Part shown: piece after piece, positions 28,439 through 37,744 of the stretch
How positions within the stretch are numbered: position 1 is the first letter of the stretch
Layout of the letters: each line of letters opens with the position of its first letter
From: an uncultured Muribaculaceae bacterium
GTDB lineage: Bacteria > Cyanobacteriota > Vampirovibrionia > Gastranaerophilales > Gastranaerophilaceae
Assembly (NCBI GenBank): GCA_964527005.1
Contig: CAZGRH010000001.1
Span: forward strand, 1-44,439
Length of the DNA: 44,439 nucleotides
Direction of reading: 5' to 3'
Notes under the pieces: generated by a model
The model's input: the letters and a program-made list of their open reading frames with translations, nothing else
The model's database searches: none
Told to the model about the DNA's origin: nothing
Program-made: the position numbers and the translations under genes

Positions 28439-28996
28439 TTATTCTCCGATTTTATACGCCATTAAAAGTCCGTCAGGCAAATCCAAAATTTGTGTTTGAT
28501 AATCTTTGTGCGAAGAAATAGCGTTAACAAACGGTTTTGTCTTTTCTAAGTGTGATGTAATATTATCTGCTAAAATTACTCCGCCTTTTCTTAATAGCGG
28601 GTGAACAGCTTCAAAATATCTTATATATTCTTTTTTATTTGCATCTATAAATATAATATCAAATTCATCTTCAATTTCTGTCGTTATAACTTCATAAGCG
28701 TCACCGGTTTTAAAATTTACGACATGGGATAATCCGCAATATTCAATGTTCGCTTTTGCCAAACATTGTCTTTTTTCCCAAAATTCAACCGTCGTTAATT
28801 TGCCTTGAGTTTCATTCAATGCATCGGCAAACCATAATCCCGAATATCCGTTAGAAGTTCCTATTTCTAAAACTTTTTTTGCATTCATTATTTTTACAAG
28901 CATATTCATAAAATTGCCTGTTTGATGAGATACATTCCAAAACTCGTCAGCTGTTTTTTCTAATTTTTCCAGTGTTTCAATTGTTTGCTCGTTCAT
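28439..28996 (-). CDS. Class I SAM-dependent O-methyltransferase (family 3, YrrM/caffeoyl-CoA OMT-like)
   Basis: 185 aa. VLEIGTSNGYSGLW (SAM motif I) and FIDANKKEY. Confidence 0.8.
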   Translation of the reverse strand: MNEQTIETLEKLEKTADEFWNVSHQTGNFMNMLVKIMNAKKVLEIGTSNGYSGLWFADALNETQGKLTTVEFWEKRQCLAKANIEYCGLSHVVNFKTGDAYEVITTEIEDEFDIIFIDANKKEYIRYFEAVHPLLRKGGVILADNITSHLEKTKPFVNAISSHKDYQTQILDLPDGLLMAYKIGE

Positions 28997-28997
28997 T

Positions 28998-30611
28998 TTA
29001 TCTTTCCAATATAGTAATCATATTCACATAATCATTTATAGGAACGGTTTGAATTGCTTTTGATTTTGACATGTCATAAACAACATATTTTAAATCAGCC
29101 ATATTTGTAACTATTGCCATATTTGAATTAGGAATTGGTGTAAAGGCTTTTGAAAAACCATTTGTAGGAAGTTTTTCGTTATGAATTTTTTTATTTTTTA
29201 AATCGTAAGTGTAAATTGTATTATTTCCCGCACATAAAATATAAATATTATCGTTATTTTGGTAAATGTCAACGGGTTTTTCGCCAACGGGAATATCTTT
29301 TATTCCTGTTGCGTACATTTGAGAATTTTGAAGAAGTTTTTCATCGGCGGTATATTCTTTTTGAATTGTTTCATAATCCGTAACTATATCTTCCGTATAA
29401 TTTTGAGCTTCTTTTAGTTCATCTTGAGTTAATTTTGTTGCTTCTTTTATTTCTTTTTGTGATTTAGTTACTTTTGTATCTTGAAATAAATCGAAATATA
29501 CTATTCTTAAATCGGGTTTTGTTCTGGCAATTAAATACAAAACATTTTCACCTAATATTATTTCTGTAGTATTAGGATAATTAGTAATCAGTTTATTTGA
29601 ATAATTTTCATCAAGATTTAAAAGATATATGTTTGAGGTTTGCATATCCATATATGCTATTTGATTGGAATTTTTTGACAGTGTTAATCTTTGAGGAGCA
29701 CCGACAAGTTGTATCTTTTCTTTCATTGTCATTGTTTCTAAGTCAATTACCGACAAAGATTCATCTTTTGTACTTGCAACATAAGCTTTGTTATTTTTAT
29801 TATCAACCAAAATTTCAGACGGATAAGAGGTTAAATCAATGTGTTTTGCAACATATTCGTTTTTAACATCAATTACATCTAAGTTCTTTTTGTTTGCGGT
29901 TGCAACTAATAAAAATTGACCGTTCAAAACAGGCTTTATATCTTTCATTACGCCCGATGTTTTTAGAGAATATAACGGTTCAGAGATAGATGAAGAATAT
30001 ACTTGCAGATATTCCGTTTGAAAATTATTTACAAAAAACAGTTTATTTTTTAATTGTAAAGGAATATTTTGTATTTTTGTATCCGTAATTTTCTTACCGT
30101 TTGGAAGCGGTGCTCTTTTCTTTGCAACAAAAGCAGTGGTTTTTGCACTGCCGACCAAAGGAATTTGAACATCGCCTATAATTCCTGCTAATGTATCCGG
30201 TAAAACGAGTCCTTTTGGAACCATAATATCTTGAGGTAATAATCCGGTTTTTATTTCTTTTGGCAAATCGGGTATATCTTTTACGCTATATATTCCTTCT
30301 TCTGATTTCGTTACTTTTAACAAAGATAAATTATTATTGAATAAAATCATATCCGGCAATTTATCAATTGTTTGATTTTCGGGATATGTTTTAACAATTT
30401 TTATACTTTCTACTTCGCACGGATATGCGGGATATACCGGCAAATACATTATTTTATCGCTATATATAACAACTCCGTCAAATCTGACTGTCGGAACTTT
30501 TTTCTGTGAAAGTAAATAATCTTTTACATTTTTAGGTAATTGTGATGCATTTGCATACAATGCATTTACAAATAATATTAAAAATGCCAATAATAATGAT
30601 TTTATCTTCAT
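28998..30611 (-). CDS. Secreted beta-propeller repeat protein (YVTN/YncE-like)
   Basis: 537 aa. Signal peptide MKIKSLLLAFLILFVNALYANA. Recurrent short blade-like units (KAYVASTKDESLSVIDLETM, NLDVIDVKN, NTIYTYDLKN). Confidence 0.55.
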   Translation of the reverse strand: MKIKSLLLAFLILFVNALYANASQLPKNVKDYLLSQKKVPTVRFDGVVIYSDKIMYLPVYPAYPCEVESIKIVKTYPENQTIDKLPDMILFNNNLSLLKVTKSEEGIYSVKDIPDLPKEIKTGLLPQDIMVPKGLVLPDTLAGIIGDVQIPLVGSAKTTAFVAKKRAPLPNGKKITDTKIQNIPLQLKNKLFFVNNFQTEYLQVYSSSISEPLYSLKTSGVMKDIKPVLNGQFLLVATANKKNLDVIDVKNEYVAKHIDLTSYPSEILVDNKNNKAYVASTKDESLSVIDLETMTMKEKIQLVGAPQRLTLSKNSNQIAYMDMQTSNIYLLNLDENYSNKLITNYPNTTEIILGENVLYLIARTKPDLRIVYFDLFQDTKVTKSQKEIKEATKLTQDELKEAQNYTEDIVTDYETIQKEYTADEKLLQNSQMYATGIKDIPVGEKPVDIYQNNDNIYILCAGNNTIYTYDLKNKKIHNEKLPTNGFSKAFTPIPNSNMAIVTNMADLKYVVYDMSKSKAIQTVPINDYVNMITILER

Positions 30612-30622
30612 TAAAACCTCTG

Positions 30623-31747
30623 TTAATTATGGAGTACATTTTTCATTTTATCAATGAAATTTACTGATGTCTTGTTGTTAAATTTTATTTCATACAATTT
30701 TTTATATAATTCTTTTTCTTCTGCTGAAATATTTTGAGGCGTTTTTATTTTAACAACAAAGTTGTGATTTCCTCTTTTTGACGGATTTCCCAAATGTGGT
30801 ACTCCCGCACCTTTTAATTGAAGTACTGTATCGTTTTGCACTCCTTGCGGAATTGTTAAATTTTGTTTGCCGTCTAGCGTATCAACTTCAATAACATCTC
30901 CTAATGCTGCTTGAGAAAAATCAAGTTCAATTGAAGAATATATGTCAAACCCGTTACGTTCAAACTTTTTATGTTCTTTTGTGTATATTACTACTATTAA
31001 ATCACCTGTTCTGCCGCCATTTTTACCGCAATTTCCTTCTCCCGATAAACCGATTTTTGAACCGTTATCAACACCTGCGGGTATGTTTATTGTTAATGTT
31101 CTTTCGACTTCAAGTCTGCCGTCACCATTACATTTTTTGCAAGGCTTTTTGTTTATTTTTCCTGTTCCGTTGCAGTTCGGGCAAGTCGTAATTTGTCTAA
31201 AACTGCCAAGCGGAGTGTTCGTAACTTGTTGAACTCTTCCTGAACCGCCACAAGTCGGGCATGTTTCGGGTTTAGAACCTTTTTCTGCACCTGTTCCGTT
31301 GCATTCATTACATGTTTCCAAATGTGAAATTTTAACTTCTTTTTTTGTACCAAAAACCGCTTCTTCAAATTCGATTTGTAAATTTAGTCTTAAATCGGCA
31401 CCGTTTTGCGGACTGTTTGGGTTCGTTGTTCTTTGTGAAAATCCGCCAAATCCGCCGAAAAAGCTTTCAAATATATCGTTTAAATCTCCAAACCCGCCGT
31501 CAAACGGACCTGATGTGTTAAATCCTGCATCTCTTAATCCGTCTTCTCCGTATCTGTCATAAGTTGCACGCTTATTGTCATCCATTAATGTTTCATAAGC
31601 TTTTCCCAATTCTTTAAATTTAGCTTCCGCATCCGGTTCTTTATTTACGTCCGGATGATATTTTCTTGCCATTTTTCTAAAGGCAGATTTTATTTCGTCT
31701 TTTGTAGCGTCTTTATTGACACCTAATATTTCGTAAAAATCACTCAT
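30623..31747 (-). CDS. dnaJ: Molecular chaperone DnaJ
   Basis: 374 aa. J domain with HPD (KYHPDVNK), G/F-rich linker, and four CxxCxGxG repeats (CNECNGTG, CPTCGGSG, CPNCNGTG, CKKCNGDG). Confidence 0.96.
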   Translation of the reverse strand: MSDFYEILGVNKDATKDEIKSAFRKMARKYHPDVNKEPDAEAKFKELGKAYETLMDDNKRATYDRYGEDGLRDAGFNTSGPFDGGFGDLNDIFESFFGGFGGFSQRTTNPNSPQNGADLRLNLQIEFEEAVFGTKKEVKISHLETCNECNGTGAEKGSKPETCPTCGGSGRVQQVTNTPLGSFRQITTCPNCNGTGKINKKPCKKCNGDGRLEVERTLTINIPAGVDNGSKIGLSGEGNCGKNGGRTGDLIVVIYTKEHKKFERNGFDIYSSIELDFSQAALGDVIEVDTLDGKQNLTIPQGVQNDTVLQLKGAGVPHLGNPSKRGNHNFVVKIKTPQNISAEEKELYKKLYEIKFNNKTSVNFIDKMKNVLHN

Positions 31748-31774
31748 TTTCTTCTAATCTTTCAGCTATGTTTC

Positions 31775-32425
31775 TTATTTTACCGCAACTGCAACCATTG
31801 CCGGTCTTAGTACTTTATCTCCAAGTTTATATCCTTTTTGTAATTCATTTATAATTGTTTCTTCAGGATATTCTTCTGTTTGTGTTTGCATAACAGCTTC
31901 GTGTAAATTAGGGTCAAATTTTTCACCTACACTTTTAATTTGTTCCAAACCAAGTTTTGTTAATGAATCCATTAATTGTTTGTTTAAAACATGGAAACTT
32001 TCTTTCATTTTTTCAATGTCATCAATTTTTTCAATTGCTTGTTGTGCTCTGTCAAAATTGTCAACAACTTCTATTATTTTTTTCATGCATTCTTGAGCGC
32101 CGTATTTTAATAATGCTTCACGTTCTTGAACTTGTCTTTTTCTGTAATTATCAAAATCGGCGGCTAACCTTATGTATTGATTGTTAAGTGTTTCAAGTTC
32201 CGCTTTTGTTTTTTCCAGTTCATTATTTTCGGGATTGTTTTCTTCCTCGGGTGTTTGAGGCGTTTGAATTTCTTCTTTTTTTTCTTCTTCTTGTGTGTTA
32301 TTTTCTTCTTGTATTTCTTGTGAATTTAGTTCTTCAGTCATTTTTTTTCCTTTATCTCCCTTTTTTTCGGTGTGATCTATAAACGGATTGTTTTTATTAA
32401 TTTTACTTTCAAAAAAATTTTTCAT
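31775..32425 (-). CDS. grpE: Nucleotide exchange factor GrpE
   Basis: 216 aa. Acidic N-terminus, then RLAADFDNYRKR and a C-terminal beta domain ending GYKLGDKVLRPAMV. An internal ATG (MTEELN) is an alternative start. Confidence 0.9.
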   Translation of the reverse strand: MKNFFESKINKNNPFIDHTEKKGDKGKKMTEELNSQEIQEENNTQEEEKKEEIQTPQTPEEENNPENNELEKTKAELETLNNQYIRLAADFDNYRKRQVQEREALLKYGAQECMKKIIEVVDNFDRAQQAIEKIDDIEKMKESFHVLNKQLMDSLTKLGLEQIKSVGEKFDPNLHEAVMQTQTEEYPEETIINELQKGYKLGDKVLRPAMVAVAVK

Positions 32426-32567
32426 AAAGTCCTCTGCTATTCCTATTTTATAATTATAAAATATTAATATTTTTACTCAAGATATATTAATTTTTTCTTA
32501 ACTTTTCTACTAATTTAATATTGAGAATGATTTAGAAAAAGGGTATTATATAATTAGGCAGGTAATA

Positions 32568-33563
32568 ATGGCGAAAATAAAAAAAATCAGTTTTTCCGAT
32601 ACGTTAAATATAAAAAAATTAATTTCCGTAGTTTGTGCGGATAATATTTTAAACTACAGACGTTTATTTTTGATTTCAGTTCCGACTACTTATCTTCAAA
32701 ATTTATTTTATAGTGTTCATTTTAGAAAATTTGAAGAAACTTATGTAGTATCAGATAATAAAGATAATTTAAAAGGCTTAATTACCGTACGGGCACAAGT
32801 CGGAAATCCGTTTAAGTGGCAAATTAAACGATTATTTCTTGCTCCTAATTGTCATGAAGAAGGTAAACAATTAGTAGAATATATAGTTGCAAAATTTGGT
32901 GCAAGGGGTGTAGACACATTTTATGTTGCGGTCAGTGATAATAATAATGAGCTTATAGATTTGTTTATCAAAGGTTGCGGTTTTAGATATTGTTCAAATG
33001 ATGAACTTTGGAGTGTTTCAAATATTAATTTTATAACTGAAAATTTAAATGAAAAAAATTTTAAAACATTCAAAAATTCTGATTCTGAAAAAGTAGCGGA
33101 ACTTTATAATGATAATTTGATTACGCTTTATAAATATTCTCTTCAAAAAGAAAAAGAAGAATTTAACGAGCGAATTTTTCAGGGAATAAATTCTGCTTTG
33201 GCATTTAAGTATTTATATCAAGATGAGGATGAAAACAGAATTAAAGCATATTTGGAAATAAAGACGCTAGATAATACAAATTATTTTATAGATACAATTA
33301 TTCCTCTTCAATATATTGATTTATATCCTGTTGTTATTTCTTTTGCCGTGAAAAAAATTATAAAAAGAAATAAAAATTTTAAATTGTATATAAGAAATAA
33401 GAAATATCTTCAGGGCGGAGAGGTAATTTCTGCATTTTGCAAAGAAAATCGTTTTGAATTATTGCAAAATAATGCAATTTTGGTTCGTGATTTCTTTAAA
33501 ACGGTAAAACAAGAATCAAAAAGTTTTAACGAAGCAATTATTTTCAGCGGAATAGAAGTTTAA
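32568..33563 (+). CDS. Hypothetical protein with an N-terminal GNAT-like acetyltransferase fold
   Basis: 331 aa. The segment GLITVRAQ...WQIKRLFLAPNCHEEGKQLVEYIVAKFGARGVDTFYVAVSDNNNELIDLFIKGCGF resembles GNAT motifs A/B. Weak, pattern-based call. Confidence 0.45.
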   Translation: MAKIKKISFSDTLNIKKLISVVCADNILNYRRLFLISVPTTYLQNLFYSVHFRKFEETYVVSDNKDNLKGLITVRAQVGNPFKWQIKRLFLAPNCHEEGKQLVEYIVAKFGARGVDTFYVAVSDNNNELIDLFIKGCGFRYCSNDELWSVSNINFITENLNEKNFKTFKNSDSEKVAELYNDNLITLYKYSLQKEKEEFNERIFQGINSALAFKYLYQDEDENRIKAYLEIKTLDNTNYFIDTIIPLQYIDLYPVVISFAVKKIIKRNKNFKLYIRNKKYLQGGEVISAFCKENRFELLQNNAILVRDFFKTVKQESKSFNEAIIFSGIEV

Positions 33564-33572
33564 ATAAATTGA

Positions 33573-34559
33573 TTAATTATTTATTAAATATTTTGCTCGG
33601 TCACAAATTTCAAGTTTGTGAAAATTCATTTCTTGCGATTTTTGAATAACATATTTTATTAAATTTATAATGTTTTCATCAGGTTTGGAATTTCGATATT
33701 TGTTCAACCAACTGTTTTCAATGTCTATTACGATTATTTCTATATTATTTTTTTTGTTAAATGTCAGCCAATTATCAATTTCTTGTTTTGTGTCGTTAAT
33801 ATCGGGAATAATTATAAATTTGCTTATTACGTTATAGGATTTTTTTTGAGCTTTTGCATATTTCTTTAAATGATTACATACTTTATCAAAAGCATCAATT
33901 TGTTTTATTTTTTTGTAAGTTTCACGGCAAGAAGAATCAATTGAAATTACAACGGAAAGTTGCCCTGAAGTAATACCTTTTTCAATAGCTTTTGAATATT
34001 TTATACCGGAGGACGGTACCCTTATATTATCAAAACCATTTTTTAGAAATAGGGATATTAATTTGTCAAATTCGGGTAAAATAGTCGGTTCTCCGCCTCC
34101 GAAACCGATTGCTCCGTTTTTGCGAATTATTTTTTTATCAAACATATCTTTTATTATCGGATAAATGTTGTATGTTTTTAGTGAATTGTAGCGTTTTTTA
34201 TCTTCTTCCGTATAGCAATATGTGCAACGGCAATTACATTTTGTAAAATGGTCAAAAATTATACTGTCAAGATAGTTTGCTTGAGTCCATTCTCTTTCTT
34301 CTAAAAATACACACCCTTCGCAACCTTTAACGGTATTTCCGCTTTTTTGAATTTGTCTGTAATTTTCTTTGATTTTAAAAAATTCATCCCAATTGATTTT
34401 TTCACCGTGATAATTCTCAAAAATCATAGAGTTTCCGCCCCCGGGGGCGCTTACATAACAACAAAGCTTTACGTTAGAACCGTAAACACCGTTATCGAAA
34501 CAAACTCCGGATTCTAACCATTTACAACTGATATAACGTTCTTTTTTTATTTCCGACAT
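33573..34559 (-). CDS. Radical SAM protein with a Cys-rich N-terminal extension
   Basis: 328 aa. CNCRCTYC fits CX3CX2C, and GFGGGEPTI is the GGE motif. About 100 aa upstream of the cluster motif carry 7 further Cys (CKWLESGVC, KLCC, GCEGC). Confidence 0.8.
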   Translation of the reverse strand: MSEIKKERYISCKWLESGVCFDNGVYGSNVKLCCYVSAPGGGNSMIFENYHGEKINWDEFFKIKENYRQIQKSGNTVKGCEGCVFLEEREWTQANYLDSIIFDHFTKCNCRCTYCYTEEDKKRYNSLKTYNIYPIIKDMFDKKIIRKNGAIGFGGGEPTILPEFDKLISLFLKNGFDNIRVPSSGIKYSKAIEKGITSGQLSVVISIDSSCRETYKKIKQIDAFDKVCNHLKKYAKAQKKSYNVISKFIIIPDINDTKQEIDNWLTFNKKNNIEIIVIDIENSWLNKYRNSKPDENIINLIKYVIQKSQEMNFHKLEICDRAKYLINN

Positions 34560-34566
34560 AATTCTC

Positions 34567-35541
34567 TTATTTAAAATTACAATTTAAAAGTCTGCAATTC
34601 ATTTTGCATTTTGATATTTTTTCTCTTATTTCATCTGCTTTTGAGCTATACCATAAATCTTGCGGCAGATTATCTTTTAAATTTCCAATCGGCTCCATGC
34701 AGAAACATATTCTCCGATTTCCGTAAGGGTCAATTGCAAAATTATTTTCGCCTACGCTGCATTGAATTGATTGTATATCTTTCGGATTATCAATTAAAAT
34801 TTTAAATGCGTTTAATTGATTAAAACTGTTGCCAATAGGGTATCCTTTATTTTTTAATTCAATCATTTCATCAATTGCATTAAGTGCGGATTGTTTTATA
34901 TTTTGTTTATAAATTTGTTCTTCGGAATTTACTGCCGTAGAAAATGCATCTCCGTTATCCATAAGTTGAAAGCTTACTCCGATGTTTTCTGTTTTGCAAA
35001 ATTCCGCAATAGGTTTTATTTCGTTTAAATTAGACGGCATAACAACGGTTGATAAATAGATATTTTTCCATTTGTGTCCTGTTTTGTGTTTGTTTAAATA
35101 ATTCAAATTTTGAAGAGAATTTATTGTTCTTTCAAACGCATCGTCACGTCCTCTTGAAATATTGTGAATTTTCGGTTCTTTAATTGCGTTTATAGAGAAT
35201 GTTATATTCGTAAAAGCGGAATATAAAACTTTTTCTATTTTGTCCGGAAGTGCTAATCCGTTAGTAACGACATTGACCGTATCGCCTAAATTTGAGGCAT
35301 ATTCCGCCATCTCAAATACATCTTCACGAATAAAAGGTTCTCCGCCTGAAATTATAAATTGATAATTTCCCATCCAAGAGTGCAAGTTAAAAAGAATTGT
35401 TTTCCATTCTTCAATTGTTAATTCTTTTTCTTTCATTTCTGCGGGCGTTTTCCAACCGTTACAAGTAATACATCTCGATTGACAACGTTCCGTATTATTA
35501 AATGAAAATGATATGGGCTTTTTATTCGGTGATATCGGCAT
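34567..35541 (-). CDS. Radical SAM / SPASM(twitch)-domain protein
   Basis: CQSRCITC = CX3CX2C; ISGGEPF is the GGE motif. C-terminal CSVGENNFAIDPYGNRRIC fits CX12GX4C, followed by CKMNCRLLNC. The first ATG (35541) lies 2 nt after the GGDEF gene stop; the track opens at TTG 35550. Confidence 0.85.
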   Translation of the reverse strand: MPISPNKKPISFSFNNTERCQSRCITCNGWKTPAEMKEKELTIEEWKTILFNLHSWMGNYQFIISGGEPFIREDVFEMAEYASNLGDTVNVVTNGLALPDKIEKVLYSAFTNITFSINAIKEPKIHNISRGRDDAFERTINSLQNLNYLNKHKTGHKWKNIYLSTVVMPSNLNEIKPIAEFCKTENIGVSFQLMDNGDAFSTAVNSEEQIYKQNIKQSALNAIDEMIELKNKGYPIGNSFNQLNAFKILIDNPKDIQSIQCSVGENNFAIDPYGNRRICFCMEPIGNLKDNLPQDLWYSSKADEIREKISKCKMNCRLLNCNFK

Positions 35542-35543
35542 AA

Positions 35544-36422
35544 TTAACAATCCAAATTAATTTGTGAAAATAATGTAATCTTGTTTTTTCCTCGATTTTT
35601 TGAATTATAAAGTGCGTGTTCAGCGTATCTTATTAAAGAATTTGCGTTTTCTTCAAAGTTATCAACATTTGGATAAGAGGCGATTCCGCCTGAAATTTTT
35701 ACGGGATGACGTTCATCTTCACCTGCAGGCACAAAAGACATTTTTTCTACATCTCGTCTAAATCTTTCTGCAAAAATAAAGGCATTGGATTCGCTTGTAT
35801 TTGGAAGAATAACCATAAATTCTTCATCACCGTATCTAGTTACTACATCTTCTTTTCTCGCTAAATTTAAAAGCATATCGGATAGCCTTTTAAGTAAAAT
35901 ATCCCCTTGTTCATAACCGTACATATCATTAATAACTTTAAAAAAGTCAATATCGAATAATATGCAAGATACCGGAGTTTTGTATCTTTTTGAGCGTGAT
36001 AATTCTTCTTCAAGTCTTTCAAGTAAATATTTGCGGTTATGTAAACCTGTTAAATCGTCCGTTGTTGAAATATTGGAAATTTTTTCTTTTAGTTCGCTTA
36101 TTTTCGTTAAATTATTGACTTTTACCGAAAAATCAAATTCGTTTATCGGTTTTAAAATATAATCATAAGCTTCTGCACGAATATTTATGTCAACGGGAAT
36201 TTTGTCCGTAACGAATAATACGCAAGTCGGAAATTTCATAACCATTGAAAGTTCTTTTAGCTTTTCATAAGAAATATTTATAATTGCAACAGAAGGATTA
36301 TATTGCTCTATATGAGGCAGTTCAATATTATCAAGAGTTTTAATATCATATTTTGTATATTTTTTTGCTAAATCTGTTAATTGTTGGCTGTTACTTTGTG
36401 AAAAAATAATTAAATTATTCAT
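35544..36422 (-). CDS. Pseudo-receiver + GGDEF-domain protein (diguanylate cyclase family; non-canonical GDEEF active-site motif, RxxD I-site present)
   Basis: DDLTGLHNRKYL ... ILFDIDFFKVINDMYGYEQGD ... ARKEDVVTRYGDEEFMVILP. The N-terminal approx. 120 aa look REC-like (YDYILKP) but have no acidic pocket (LIIFSQSN, VAIINIS). Start placed at ATG 36422 behind GGAAAGGA; the track opens at 36500. Confidence 0.85.
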   Translation of the reverse strand: MNNLIIFSQSNSQQLTDLAKKYTKYDIKTLDNIELPHIEQYNPSVAIINISYEKLKELSMVMKFPTCVLFVTDKIPVDINIRAEAYDYILKPINEFDFSVKVNNLTKISELKEKISNISTTDDLTGLHNRKYLLERLEEELSRSKRYKTPVSCILFDIDFFKVINDMYGYEQGDILLKRLSDMLLNLARKEDVVTRYGDEEFMVILPNTSESNAFIFAERFRRDVEKMSFVPAGEDERHPVKISGGIASYPNVDNFEENANSLIRYAEHALYNSKNRGKNKITLFSQINLDC

Positions 36423-36559
36423 TAAATAATCCTTTCCGTTTATTAATTTAATTTTATCAAATTTCTTAAAAAAGTAAATAAATATAGTATTTTGTTTCAT
36501 ATTTTAAATAACTTGCCTGCGTGAAAGTTTATAAATATAATATAATTGGGAGGGATATC

Positions 36560-37732
36560 GTGCAAAGACAAAATTACACTTGCCAATATGAAACTGATAT
36601 GTATACATCAGCTTATGAACAGTATTATTTTAAAAATATGTCAACGGCACGAGTTAAACCGATAAATCATCAAGTTTATAAGTCGGTGAAAAGAAAACGC
36701 AAAAATAATATTTTAAATAAAATTATAACTTTTTCTTTTTTTATGGCTTTGTTGTTCGGAGTGTTCCCGTATTCTTTTAATAACTATGTTACAAATCTTT
36801 TTCCTCCGAATTCAAAAAAAATGTTAAATGTCGATTATAACCATTTGTTGTATCCAACGAATGATTATTTATATAAAGATTTGTTCTTGGGAAAATATAT
36901 AATTAAAAATACCGAATATTCAAAACCTTTGATGATAGATATGAAAGAATCTTATGAACGACAAGGTTTGAAAAAACAATTGTTAAATTTGGCTTCCGGC
37001 TATAAAAAAATATCACCGTCAATTTATGTATGGGAATATGATACAAAGTCTTATGTAAATATTAATGCTGATGATATATATCCTGCGGCAAGTATAATAA
37101 AAATACCTGTTTTAATTGAAATGTTTAGAGAAATTGAAAAAGGCAATTTCGGCTTATATGATAAAATGGTTTTGGAAGATTATTACAGAGCGTCGGGGTC
37201 CGGAAAACTTCAATATTCTCAAGGTGGAATTGCTCATACAATGGATTATTTGGCAAGAATAATGATAGAAAATTCCGATAATTCTTCTACAAATATGATA
37301 ATGGCGAAAATGGGCGGAATGCCGGAAGTAAATCGTGCATTAAATAAATGGGGTTTACATCGGACTCATATTAATAATTGGTTGCCTGATTTGGCGGGTA
37401 CTAATGTTACAACCGCAAAAGAAATGGCAAAAATGCTATATAATATTGACTCTACAAATATTTTAAATTCCGATTCAAAAAAGCATATATCTGATTACCT
37501 TTCTCATGTTAAAAATAATCGACTTTTACGGGCGGGATTGCCTGCGGGAGCTCAGTTATTGCATAAAACAGGAGATATAGGTTTTATGCTCGGTGATGCG
37601 GGTATAGTTAAAACTGCCAACGGTAAAAAATACCTTGTTGTTATTTTGGCAAAACGTCCTTATAATAATCAACAAGGCAAAAATTTTATAGTTGAAGCTT
37701 CTAAATTAATTTACAATAATATTGCATATTAA
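36560..37732 (+). CDS. Membrane-anchored class A beta-lactamase-like serine hydrolase (PF13354-like)
   Basis: SxxK (AASIIKIP), SDN (ENSDNSS) and KTG (HKTGDIG) in the correct order. One N-terminal TM helix (IITFSFFMALLFGVF). GTG 36560 is preceded by GGGAGGG at 6 nt; the track opens at GTG 36521. Confidence 0.8.
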   Translation: MQRQNYTCQYETDMYTSAYEQYYFKNMSTARVKPINHQVYKSVKRKRKNNILNKIITFSFFMALLFGVFPYSFNNYVTNLFPPNSKKMLNVDYNHLLYPTNDYLYKDLFLGKYIIKNTEYSKPLMIDMKESYERQGLKKQLLNLASGYKKISPSIYVWEYDTKSYVNINADDIYPAASIIKIPVLIEMFREIEKGNFGLYDKMVLEDYYRASGSGKLQYSQGGIAHTMDYLARIMIENSDNSSTNMIMAKMGGMPEVNRALNKWGLHRTHINNWLPDLAGTNVTTAKEMAKMLYNIDSTNILNSDSKKHISDYLSHVKNNRLLRAGLPAGAQLLHKTGDIGFMLGDAGIVKTANGKKYLVVILAKRPYNNQQGKNFIVEASKLIYNNIAY

Positions 37733-37744
37733 TTATATTCGCAA

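Noticed and set aside
32426-32567. Searched the grpE upstream region, and the hsp20 upstream region 7194-7356, for CIRCE/HrcA operators or other heat-shock boxes.
   Set aside because: No TTAGCACTC-n9-GAGTGCTAA-like inverted repeat or other convincing palindrome was found, so no regulatory feature is called.
34436-34449. Perfect 14-bp GC-only palindrome CGCCCCCGGGGGCG inside the second radical SAM gene.
   Set aside because: It is in frame and encodes S-A-P-G-G-G-N, so it is explainable as coding sequence. There is no partner repeat or flanking signal pointing to a recombination or regulatory site. It is only a sequencing or cruciform curiosity.
36423-36559. Looked for a short RiPP-type precursor ORF flanking the radical SAM operon, in the 137-nt upstream spacer, the 33564-33572 gap and the inter-gene gaps.
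   Set aside because: There is no ATG/GTG/TTG-initiated ORF with an RBS, and the gaps are too short. The antisense ORF 34611-34805 is a shadow of the SPASM gene.
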